NCBI GenBank assembly: GCA_009103225.1
Contig: RHPI01002699.1
Span: 382,636 to 446,635, forward strand
Origin: Chlorokybus atmophyticus
Lineage: Eukaryota > Plantae > Mesostigma and Chlorokybus algae
Direction of reading: 5' to 3'
DNA length: 64,000 nucleotides
In this document: positions 43,698-56,100 of the stretch, piece by piece
How the letters are laid out: the number at the start of each line of letters is the position of its first letter
Position numbering within the stretch: position 1 is the first letter of the stretch
Position numbers and translations under genes: made by a program
Notes under the pieces: model-generated
Database searches by the model: none
Told to the model about the DNA's origin: nothing
The model's input: the letters and a program-made list of their open reading frames with translations, nothing else

Positions 43698-45344
43698 CCC
43701 CCCTAGCCTCTAAGGAGGTTCCCCTCCACAACTTTAATACAAGTGAGGAGGGCCGTGGGTGCGACAGTTATAGCACCTTAACTCTTCCATGCATACGGCA
43801 TCCTGCGGAGGCTCCATGCAGTAGCAGTTCAGCCCCTTGTTGCAACCGTTGCAAAGCATCATCAACGGGGCGTCGTCGGCGTTGCCACAGCGCTCGCGAT
43901 GCGTGCTACGAGCGGGGTGAGGGTGCTTAATGTCGCCCAAAATTATCTATGTAACGGAGGTGACACAGCGCAAAGTTCACCATGTTGTTCTTCAACTTCC
44001 CGCTGTTCTAGCGGAGGAGATTCAGCACTCCCGTGGGGTACACCTTGAGGACCTTGTAGATAGTGCGGACAATGAAGGTGTCAAGCGTGTTTTGGGTGGC
44101 CTCTATGCGGTAGACAAAGTTTGCTGCTTGGAACTGGCGCTAGTGCTCCTTGTAGAAGCAACTGCGCACGCGCTCGTAGCGCAGCGTGTCGCGGTGTACC
44201 GCGATGCGCAAGTGTTGAAGGCCATGGGAACAGTGCGCTCGAACAAGGCAGTGCGCGTGGTAATGTCATGGTGCATCCAATCAGTCTCGTCGAGGTTGTT
44301 CACCACGCGATCCACCTCTTGCTGTGCACAGAAGGGAAGTAGCGGTGGCCGACCGAACAACAAGTGGTATGGGCTCGCGCAGGGCCGCCTATGTAACAAT
44401 TGGTATCCAAGGGCCACCATTGGAGGTGGTCGTCCTAGGTGTTCTTCTCATACTCCATACTTGCGGAGTGCCTTCTTGTGGTTTATTCCGTGCATCGGTG
44501 AGGCCGTCGGCCTGAGGGAGGTCACGCGAGGTACGGCGGTGATCGATGTAGCATCTGTCTAAGATGGTGTCGAACTCTCCCATGAACTCGGTTCTTTGGT
44601 CGATAATGACAGCACAGCTGCTGAATCGGCTGAAGACGTGAGAGAGGAAGGCTTGAACACCCCCCTGCTACTACTCTTGTTGGGCGGTGGCACAAGCTCC
44701 ACCCCCTTGGAGAAGTGCTCGATTATTACCAGAATGTAGCAGTTGCCGCGTGCCGAGGGTGACAAGTCCCCTTAGATGTCGAGCCCCCATTGATAGAAAA
44801 GGCCAAAGATGGGGAAGGGGTACGGGGTGGCACTGCGCGTGTTGAGCTGACGCGCACCATGCCACACTGTTGACAGTGACTCACAAACTCTACACCTGCT
44901 TATACAACGTATGCCACCAATGTTCTCCGCGCACCAGGCTAACTATCCGCTTAACACCGAAGTGTCCCAGCTCAGTGTGGAGGGCAGCAATAATGCCTTC
45001 ACGTGAGGCTGGTGTCGGCACCTATTTGTCTTCACCATGAAGACGACGATATAGCTTGTCGCCTGCCCACCGGAAGTGCTGAGTGCGTTGGTTATCGCAG
45101 TCTCTCTCGCGCACACTCATGCCGGCGGGAAGCTGGCCACTCTGAAGGAAGGAGAGGGATGGCTTGTCCAGCCATTTGTCCTGCCTGCTGTTGATGGGTG
45201 CCAACTCTGTCTCATCGTTTTCGATGTTGACGACGCAAGTGTCCTCTGGCTTGGCTGCAGAGCTGTTGGCTCAAGAGCAAGCATCTCCTTAGCGGCGGCT
45301 GTAGCAGCCGTGTCGGTCTTGCGCCCTGAGTGTAGCGTGGCGGC

Positions 45345-45851
45345 TGTTAGCATAAGCATGTCTTGCTCATTGCTCAGTCCAGTCAGCTTGTGAATTGGCG
45401 AAGGCGTGAGCCTTAGAGGTACTACTATTGGTATGTGCTGAAATCGATCAGACATGAGTTTGTAGCAAATATCGAGTCCACTACGTGGAGTATGACCAAG
45501 CAGGAGATTCCGGACTTGCCTATGAGGCTGGCGCAGCCTGACGCAGCCAAAGCCTTGGGAAAACAACGAAAACTCCGCGTATACTAAGCCTTAGGAGGCG
45601 TGGCTTAGCTTGTTGGAAAGCTTTGGTTGCAAGCTAGACAGCTAAGCTTACATATTAGCAATCTGCTGGATGTAGCTCACGCGGTGCTTGCTAACGTAGA
45701 CATGTGTAGTCTGCCTGGTATAAAGGCAAGCGGAGTTAACAAGTTGTTGGTTCGGGTGAAACCCCTTTGCAAGCCTTGTTTGCACGCCTCATATGTATGT
45801 TCTGGTGCATGTGCATGCTGTAGTTAGCCAGCGCTAGTTCAATGTTTAACA
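45345..45851 (+). mobile_element. solo LTR related to the Copia LTR at 53101
   Basis: Termini TGTTAG...TTTAACA with 5-bp TSD GCGGC (45340-45344 and 45852-45856). Shares CCGCGTATACT, AGCTTGTTGGAAAGCT.TGGTTG.AAG, GTGCTTGC.AACGTAGAC and CTGGTATAA with the Copia LTR. Confidence 0.85.
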
Positions 45852-46380
45852 GCGGCAGCAAAGATGGCAACCACTGTAGGGGTTGCAGCTGTAGGACCGA
45901 GCTCATGTCGAGCTCCGGTTGCGTCGTTGGTGCTGAGGTGGGGGCCATCGGCGTCTAGGTTGGTGAGGCCAGCGCGATAATCGATCTCAAAGTCGTACTC
46001 CTGCAACAACAGTGCCTAACGGTCGAGTTTGCTTGTCAAGTGCTGGTTGGTCATCAACCGCGTGAGTGGCTGATGATCAGTGATCAACTAAAACTGTCGA
46101 TAAAGAAGGAAGGGTAAAAAGGAGGAGATCGCCCACACTGCAGCGAGGCACTCGCTCTCGTAGCTGTTGTAGTTGGCCTTGGCGCTGTTGTTGCTCCGGC
46201 TGGCATACGATACCACCCGCTCCTTCTTGTTCTCATCGTGATGTACAAGCGCAGCTCCCATCCTAAACTTGCTCAAGTTGGTGAGAAGGGTGAAAGGCTT
46301 GGTATAGTCAGGGCGTTGGAGGATGGGAGCAGTGGTAAGCCTGCTTTTCAACTCCTCAAAGGCCTGCAGCTGGCTCCTTC

Positions 46381-49300
46381 TGTAACGGAGTGCTACCTCC
46401 ATAAAGGTTCCCTGCCCTTATTTGTGATTGAATAAGGGTCCCAACGGGATTATACAGCCAATTAAGCCATTTTAGGGCTCTTAACCTATTGTCAATGGCC
46501 TAATGTAGTGTCACGATAAAAAACATAAATATCAATATGAGACATGAATCTCATGTCTATATCGGCCGCATGGCGGCGCTACTAACGCAGCGATCGCCAT
46601 AGCCAGAGCATCTTTTGCTCTGGCAGCTGCCACGGCAGCGGCGGCGGCGGTGACGACGGCGTGGCTGTGGTGGTGGTGGGGTAGGGGAGGGAGGAGGGGC
46701 ACTCCCCCCTTGCATAGGTATCGGAGCCTGAACCATTGCATGCAAGCATACAACATATTGATCATATATTGATAATTATATTGTATGTTGTGTGCTGCCC
46801 ACCAAGTGGATTCGTGGTGAAGGGTTTTTGTATGTTTTTACAATTCCCTTGTCTGGCAACATCAATTGCCTTGTTACTGCCAGTAAGCGCGGTGAGGCCG
46901 CCAAAGTTATTCTGGGTGGCCGATATGAAACTCTAGACTCACAACTTGACGATATCGGTTTGTAGGGTCGAATCGACGAGATTTTGTCACCCCATGTGTC
47001 AATTGTAATTGTGAGTGGAGCTGGGTTGTACATCGTGAACACTTTGAGCAGCCATAAGTCGTGAACCGTCGCGTGCATTTGCGTACGGTTTATACTAAAG
47101 TGCTTGTCTAGTTAAGAGGTGCTTGGAGAGCTCGTTTGGAGCTGCATACTCTGCATAAACCCCTCAAGTAAAAAAACATGAAGATTTGCCACTTTTTGCG
47201 GTGCACAATCCGTGTATTGTGCACTTCCTAACGGCTGATATCCTTGTGCAGATGGCTGACCAAGGAGCTTCACCGGCCCTGACTTATTGTCATCATACGA
47301 GCCATCGAGTGATAAAAAAGTGAGGAACTCGGATATGAGTGAGAGCTACAAGCTGACTGTAAGGGACAAGGAGGAAGCTGAGCAGGATAGCAAGCTTCTC
47401 CCAACCAGTCTACTCAGAGTGGACCAGCTGCAATGGACACACAAAGTGTCATTGGCGAGGCTATTGAGAAGTATGCCTCAAAGCGTAAGGCTCTACATGA
47501 CACCCACCCTCAGCTTCGTCAGGAAACGTGGGCATAGAAGGTTCGGGATGGCTATAAAATAAATATATATAAATTTTGCCACACTTCCTCGTGCAAGCAA
47601 GGAAAATGGTGATCCGTATGCTCGAGCACGAGATGACGAACAATGTCCCAAAGTGGCTGCGCTCATGGCTGTTTATGATAAGCCACTTCCATACAAAGGG
47701 AAGCGAACGGCGTTTGAAGCCTTGGCCAACGTGGTGGTGGAAACCTCGCAGCGTTGCAAGGATGTGTTCGGGTACTTGAGGCCCGACTTGGAGGACAAGT
47801 TGGCTGGCTCAGTCAAGTTAACAACACGCCTTGACGCTTCTACGCAACCTGAGTTGGTGGCGCTGCGCCAGCATGTGGCGGGTGCTACTTCGGCAGCTGG
47901 TACGTCAGCAGGGCTGCCGGTTACAGTGTTGAACAAACTTGAGAAGTTCAAGCCCAACGGCAGCGTTAGCATCCACAACTGAGTGGTGATTGTCAAGCGC
48001 TATTTGACAGCATTAAGACGCCCAGTTGGTGAGCACATTGCTATTGCTGAGTTGCTTATACCGTCTAAAGCACTCGCCAAATGGGCGAGACAGACAGATG
48101 ATGGTGCTTCAAAGACAGTAGAAGCACTGTATCAGTTTTTTGTGGAACGCTATGGTGGCATGGACCTGGCTACTCGCAACAAGCTCAGCAAGTTGCGACA
48201 AAATGGTCGGGCCGCTTCAGTGTATTTGCATAAGTTTCAGGCATTGGTGGGTCGCCAACAGTGGCCAAATGCCTATGGACAAGGCCGAGCACTTTTAAGT
48301 TGTACAAGCGCGGGTTAGATGCGCGTGTGCGCGATCAGCGACAGTACAACACGGCAACGAGACTGCCATGGGTTCCTGCCGACTTGGCCACATTGCAGAA
48401 GCTGAGTGCATACATGTATAATGACGACATGGCGATGCAAGAAAAATCACATGTAGCAACTGCGGCCAAGCCGCAGAGACTGGGAGGCAAGCGTTACCAT
48501 CAGCCGAGTGTACACGCGACAAAAAAGCTTAAGACTTACACGCCCCCCACTAGTGCTACAGGTGGTGTCGCGCCTGCTGCGGCTCGCAACTGCTGTATGT
48601 GCCGTCAGCCGGGCCATTTGCAAAGAACTGCTCAAATGAGGCGAAGGGCAAGGCCAAGAAAAAAAGCCAAATAGGATTACTCCGTGATGTAAGTGGTTAA
48701 TAGCCAGCTGCTTGGGATGCAGGCAGTAAAGTGGTTTGATGATCTGTCCCAAGTGCATGTAATGACACATGCATGGCAAGCACATGACAAGCTGCCAATT
48801 TTATATTGAAAAAGTGGAATAAAAATGCTTGTGTGGTGGTATATGTGAAGTTCAACATGCTTGCCGATGTGTTACATGCATTGTCCGAGTTGCAAAATAA
48901 GCACAAAACCATGAGTATGATGGTGAACGGCCAAAATATCATGGCTTATGGATAAAGCATACTCGGGGGGGTACTGTGTTAAAACAAATCAGCAAGCGTC
49001 AAACATGGACATTACGATTGATCAACCCCCGCATTATTAATACGGCTAGTAGTCACGGACTCTTGGCTACCTTTCAAGGGCGAGTGGTACCTTTGTTGTG
49101 GACATTTAGTGGCACAATGCAGGGTGTAAATAGTTCGTTCTTAATTGACACTGGTGCGACACACAACTTCGCTCGGGAACAATGGGTTGTGCGCAATAAA
49201 GCAATGTGTAAACCCTCGGCATTTTCAGCTGCCGGTGCTGGGGGTGCGTTGCTAGTGAAAGGAGAAATAAAAATGAAGGTAAAGATTGGTAGTTATCATA

Positions 49301-52300
49301 CCAACCTCACCTTCATAGTTGTGTCCATTAACATAGTTGGTGTTGATGTGGTACTATGACACAAATGGCAAGATAATGTTCAAATGACATTGGATACTGG
49401 TGCGCGATTGTGCACATTGAAAAAGGGCCGCAAGTGTGTAACGCTGTCTGTGATAGGGTCACATAGCTTGGAACATAAGCAAATTGACCCCGCGCTCCTC
49501 ACTGCACTGCAAGTGAAGCGTGTATTTTGTAAAAACACACCGGCTTTTTTTGGTACACATAACGTCGTCTGATCGACTTTAACCAGGCAGTACGGAAGGT
49601 GCTGTAGACATCATTAAAAAGTATTAAATATATTCTCAGATGAGTTGCCAGGCCACTAACTCATCGAGGTGTTGGACATACCATACCGTTGATTCCTTAT
49701 AGTCAACCTCCGTTTCGGCCAATATCAAGCCTCAATAAGAGGGAGGAAATGGAAACACAAATCAAGGAGTTGTTGGAAAAGGGATTGATTGAACCATGTT
49801 CTTCACCCTTTGGCGCACCCATCTTGTTTGTGATGAAAAAGAATGGAAAATTGCGCATGTGTGTAGAGAATGGTGCTTTGAACAAGATCACGGCAAGGTA
49901 TCGATACTCGTTACCGCGGATTGATGATGTGTTCGATAAGCTGTCGGGTAATGTGTATTTAAGTACGCTAGACTTGACAAGTGGATATCCTTAAATTTGT
50001 TTTCACCCTTCCGATGTCCACAAAACGGCATTTGAAAAGCCCTTCGATTATTATCAATACAAAGAGTTACCTTTTGGATTAACATATGCGCCTGCGGTGT
50101 TTCAGAAGAAAATGGAGTTTTCGCTAATATGCTTGAAAGCATGTTATGGTTTACTTGGATGACATTATCGTCTTCAGTAAAACAAAAGAAGAGCACAAAA
50201 GGCATCTGGAAGCGGTGTTTGCTTTACTGCAAACACACCGCTTATTTGCCAACTTGTCAAAGTGTGACTTTTGCAAGACAGAGTTGCCATTCTTAGGGCA
50301 TATTGTCAGTGGGGAGGGTGTCAAACTTGACTTTTGCAAAGTGCAAGTGGTTATAGAATGGCCTCCACCCAAGAATACCCGTAAGTTGCGATCATTCTTG
50401 GGGTTGGCAAGCTATTTTTGCAAGTTTATGATGGGGTACTCTACAGTTGTGGTGCCTCTAACTAAACTGTTGCAAAAGGATGCCCCATTCTCTTGGACAA
50501 CAGCACAATAAGCTGCTATGCAACAAGTGAGTTGGCCTTGACTTCGGCACCAGTATTGGCATTGCCCATTTGGGATAAACGCTTCACTGTGGTGAGCGAT
50601 GCCTCCACCCTTGCATGTGGTGCAGTCTTGCTGTAGAATGGCAGACCATGTGCTTATGAGAGAAGGAAATTAATCCCAGCAGAGGTGAACTACACTACCA
50701 CTGAGCAAGAATTGCTTGGTATAATGCATGCTCTTGAAACATGGTGATGTTACTTAGAGGGAGTTCAGCTTACAGTGGTGACTGATCACAACCCATTAGT
50801 GTACTTCTCAACACAGCTGAACTTGTCACATGAGCAAGCTCGTTGCTAGGTTCTAGTGGAATAAGTGTCTGTCGCAATTTACTTTTGAACGGGTATGTCG
50901 GTCTGGTAGGACTAATGTGGCAGATCATCTGAGTTGCCGTCCGTAATTGTTGGCAGCTATACGTGCGCAATTGCTTGCGATGCAAGGTACATTGCCCCTT
51001 AATGATGAGTTTGTGCAAGTTGTTTACATGGGTATGCCTCAGACCCATGGTTGTTAATGGAAGTGAATGTACATAAGCTTGACACAAAGGGCAATTTGTA
51101 TAATATGGGCGCTAGCTTGGTGATACCCAACCATGTTGGGCTGCGCATGAAATGCAAAGCTGATGTTCACGATCCACCATGCGCTGGGCACTTTGGGAAT
51201 CGCAAGACTACTAAACCAGCGCAACAGCTGTACCGGTGGCCATCGTTGACTGTTGACGTTAAGGAATGTGGTGACACGTGTGATAAATGTCAGCGTGACA
51301 AGCCGTTACGTCAGAAACCCGCTGGGTTGCTGCGACCTTTGCCAATTCCTGATGGCAAATGGGAAAGTGTGAGTATGGACCTTTTTACTGAGCTCCCAAA
51401 GACAGCATTGGGTCACATTGCGGTTGCAGTTTTCGTGGATCGTTTAATAAGAATGGTTTACGTTGTCCCTTATCGCACGGAGATAGGCTCCCATGAGTTG
51501 GCGATGGTGTTTGACGCGTCCGTGTTTTAGTTGCATGGCTCAATTCGCAACTTTGTATCTGATCGCGATCCGCGCTTGGTAGCTCATTTTAGGAAGTCGC
51601 TATGCAGTTTCTTGCACATTCAACAAAACAATAGCACAGCTTATCATTCGCAGACGCATAATTAGACAAAGCGTGCCAATTAAGTGATTGAGGAAAGTAT
51701 CCGGCATTATGTGAATCCAAACCAGCGTAATTGGGACAACTATCTCCCAATCGCTAAATTCGCAATTACCAATGCCTAGCAAGAGAGTGTGCAAGAAAGT
51801 CCGCTTTTCTTAATTACGGAGTGCGTCCGCTGAGTCCAGCGAACATCAAGTTGCCCGCTACTGATGTAACTCGCGTGCGTGCAGCGCGCAAGATGGCTTT
51901 GGCCATGCAGGATGGGTTAGCGTTGGCAATAGACTGTCTGCGCGCAGCGCAAGACATTTAAAAAGCCCATGCTGATGCACATCGTAGAGAGGCCTACTAC
52001 GATGTGGGCTGTTCGATGCTTCTCATGCACCAAAACATATTCATTAAGGGAGTGGGTACCCGCAAGTTCTTCCCTCACAGCATAGGCCCTTTGAACGTGA
52101 TTGATCCGGTCAGCACTCACGCGTATCGTTTACACTTGTCAAAGTCAATACGCATTCACAATGTGTTTCATGTTCAAGTGTATTAAAACCGTACTGTTCT
52201 GACGGTTGATTCAACCTCCTCCACCCCCCATTGCAGTGGATGGCGACGATAGTTTCCAGTATAAGGTGGTAGTAATCTTGAGCATCCGTAAGCCTCGACA

Positions 52301-52919
52301 AGGACGCGCGCTGTCTTACTTAGTGAAATGGAAAGGGTATGGTGTTGAGCACAACACATGCAAGCACAAAAAGAATCTTACAAACTTCCAGGAGATTCTT
52401 CAGGGGTACCGATTACTGTGTCCACACGAGAACAGTAAAAGGGTGATGGCAGACATCTTTACCGCTTCGCCCCTGGTTCTCTCACTACTTTTGTTTTTCT
52501 ACTCACGGTGGGGCTTTGCAAACCCTTTAATGAGGACATCAAAACCTAGGGGGGGGGGAGGGGGATGTAACGGAGTGCTACCTCCATAGAGGTAGCACTC
52601 TATTACATTATAGTAGGTTCCCCGCCTTATTTAGGATAAAATGAGGGTCTCAACGGGATTATATAGCCAAATAAGCCATATTAGGGCCATTAACCTAGTG
52701 TTGAGTGGTGTTGCCCTAAGTAACACTGATATCGACATGAGACATGAGTCTCATGTTGATATCGGCCGCATGGCGGCGATGCTTAGGCAGCGACCGCAAT
52801 AACCAGAGCATCTTTTGCTCTGGCAGCTGCCACGGCATCCGCGACGGCGGTGGCGTCGGCGTGGCTGGTGGTGGTGTTGGGTAGGGGATTAGAGGGAGGA
52901 GGGGCACTCCCCCATTACA
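46381..52919 (+). mobile_element. full-length but decayed Ty3/gypsy chromovirus
   Basis: LTRs 46381-46714 and 52566-52919 (TGTAA..CA), TSD CCTTC, Met-i-like PBS TAGGTATCGGAGCC, poly-G PPT ~52546-52565. Contains gag (~47570-48670, CMCRQPGHLQ), protease FLIDTGATHNF, RT YLDDIIVFS, RH, INT (WESVSMDLFTELP) and chromodomain (YLVKWKGYG). Numerous stops. Confidence 0.93.
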
Positions 52920-53100
52920 CCTTCCAGGCGAACTCCACTTCTTTCTTTACTAGCTCACTAAGGGGTCGCGCGATCTTAGCGAAGTCCTCTAACAACCGCC
53001 GATAGTAGTTGGCAAGGCCCAAAAAGGCACGCAGACGCGTGAGGTCGGTGGGGGCAAGGATAGCTGTCAAGGCCTCCACCTTTGCCTGCTGTATGTACAC

Positions 53101-56100
53101 TGTTGAGAGTATTCCTACATACGATCAGCATCGACCCTCCACACAGGAGTAGAAGGTCGTAAGGACGAGCACTAGGTCCGGACTTAGCAAGATGGCATCG
53201 TCGGACCAGACTCCGGACTCCAGACTGGAGCCTTACTAACTGCTTCGTATCTCCGCGTATACTTACTCATATCAGACGTGTAAGAGCTTGTTGGAAAGCT
53301 CTGGTTGTAAGAAAGACAACGCAGCTTAGAGCGCGTCAAAAGGCTGAGTATAGCTTACGCAGTGCTTGCAAACGTAGACGTGTGTGTAACTGGCTGGTAT
53401 AAGAACCAGCGGACAACTTGTAATAGATGAATGTGATGTGACCTGTGTATGCTCCGGTGGCGGTAGCTCTGTCTCTGTGTGTCTATGCTTGCCTCAGCTA
53501 CATGTGCATGCTAGTCCTTCAACAGGTTATGGGCCCACACTACGCTTGAGGAGTGTGAGACTAGCTTGTGTGCATAGTAGTTCTACACTACGGTAGCTTG
53601 TTAGTAGCAGAGCCTTGGGTGTCAACTGCAAGGAAGGCAGGAGCGACAAAGATGGAGGCGACCTACGACAAGGGGCAGATTGCAAAGCTGGACACCGACA
53701 ACTACAACACATGGTGCGTGGAGATGAAGGCCTTGCTCATCCACAAGAAGGTGTGGAAGTACGTTGATCCGAAGGCACCACCACCAACACCAGGAGCGAA
53801 CACTGTGTGGTCAGAGCATTCAGCAGAAGCACACTCTTTGCTTGTGTTGAACAGCAAACCGCATCACTTTCCCATGCTCACTGCATGTGAAGATGGTAGA
53901 CAAGCTTGGGAAAAGCTATCAGCCGTTTTCAGAGCCAAGAACAATGCCAGAAAGTTGCATCTACGCAAGCAGCTCAGCGCACTCAGGAAGGAGGCAGCAG
54001 AACCCATCACAAAGTATGTTGCGCGCGCGAGAGAGCTGTGGGCGGACCTCATCAACGTCGGCCACAACATGGGGGAGACGGAGGTAGTGCTGGCCATTGT
54101 TGCAGGGCTACCAGCAGAGTACGAGGTCGTCGCAACCCTGCTGGAGACGTCATCATCGGAGTTGACGTTGGACGATGTGCTACCGAAGCTGCTCACCGTG
54201 GAGCAGAGGGTTGTGAAGAAGGACGAGCAAGCGGATGCCGTCGCCTTCTACACCGGCAAGCACGCAAAGAAGAGCAACCATGAAGAGAAGTACAAGGGCA
54301 ACAAGCCAGGCAATCCTCGTCACAAAGACCTCACATGCCACTGGTGTGGTTGGAAGGGGCACATTGTGAAGGACTGTAGGAAGAAACAACAGGGGCAACC
54401 TAGAGCAAGCACCAGCAACAGCGGCAACGAGCACCAACACAAGGAGAAACATGTCGCCTTCACTGCATCCAGTTCGAGGGCGGGCACAGCTTTCTGGGTG
54501 GTGGACTCTGGCTGCGATCGTCATCTCACACCAAACAAGGAGGTGATGGAGGGCTACAGGAAGCTGACGTCCACAATCAAGGTGGCGGGCTTCGGTGGCG
54601 AAGTACTGGTGGCTGAGGGAGTTGGCAACGTACGACTCCAGTGCAAGGTTGGTAACACACTACGCGAGGTGTTGTTACGCAACGTCCTGCATGTTCCTAA
54701 GGCTATTGCGAGTCTATTCTCTGTGAGGGTTGCGGAGCGCTTAGGCGCGGAGATCCTATTTCGGAAGGGTGGCTGCTCAGTCATCCTTGATGGGGTCGTG
54801 CACATGGTTGGAATCGCTGATCCGGGAGGGCTCTACCACGTGGAGCAGCCTCAAGACAGAGACATTCAAGCCATGGTGGTGAAGGACAAGGAGTCGCCAA
54901 CATTGTGGCATCGAAGGTTCGGGCATCTCAGCTACGTCAACCTCACTCGCCTTGTCGCTGAGAAGATGGTCAAGGGCATCCATCTCAGCACAGAAGAACT
55001 CAAGACAGCATCAGGTGCACTTTGTGAACCATGACTGGTTGCAAAGCGGCATGCTATGCCATTCCCATCATCCTCTTCTAGCAGTCAGCATCCTTGCGAG
55101 CTTGTGCACATGGATGTCTGTGGCCCTATGCGCATTGTGGCGAAGGGAGGGGCCAGGTACTTTGCTACATTCCTCGACGACTACAGCAAGCTGTCCATCA
55201 TCTTTCCGTTGACACTGAAGTCAGAAGTTGCTGGAGCTGTGCGCACAGTCGTGGCCTTGTTGGAGACGCAGTCTGGCAACAAGATGAAGGCAATGAGGAG
55301 TGATCGAGGAGGGGAGTACATCAACAAGGAGTTGAAGGAGTTCTTCGCCAGCAAGGGCATACGCCACGAGACAACGGCACCCTACACCCCGCAGCAGAAT
55401 GGAGCAGCTGAACGCCTCAACAGGACACTCTTGGAGCGTGTTCGAGCTATGCTCAACGACACAAAGATGGAAGACAGTTTGTGGAAGGAGGCGGTACTCA
55501 CTGCCAACTACATCCGCAACAGGTCTCCGGTGAGCTCAGAGCAGAAGACTCCGTGGGAGCACTTCTATGGAGCCACACCAGATGTGAGTGGTATGCGTGT
55601 GTTTGGATGCACGGCATATGCACTAGTGCCTAAACAGCTCAGGCACAAGCTGGAGCCGGTCAGCAAGAAGGGCATCTTCGTTGGCTATGAACCGGGTTCC
55701 AAGGCTTACAGGATCTTGCTCGAGGACACTCAGAAGATCATCGTGAGCAGAGAGGTGGTTTTCCACGAGGGATTATCACAACCAGAAGCAGGCTTCTTTC
55801 CTGAAGATGAAGCACAGCCGGAGCATCCTGAAACAGTGGAGGCTACAGGCAAGGCCATCATCGACGATAAGGGTGAGCAGGACTCCACTGTAGCAGACAA
55901 GCAGTCGCACCTGCAGCAGGAGCACGCAGCTCGGAGATACCCAGTGAGGGAGAGAAAGGCACCTGACTTCCTACACAAGGCACACGTCGCCAGTGTGCAG
56001 AATGAGGAGCCAAGCACCTACGAGGAGGCATTGTTAGCACCAGATGCGGAGCAATGGCAGCGTGCTATGGACGAGGAGATTGCGTCACTCCATGCCAACA

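Noticed and set aside
43386-43930. ORFs spanning the N run
   Set aside because: Artefacts of translating through an assembly gap.
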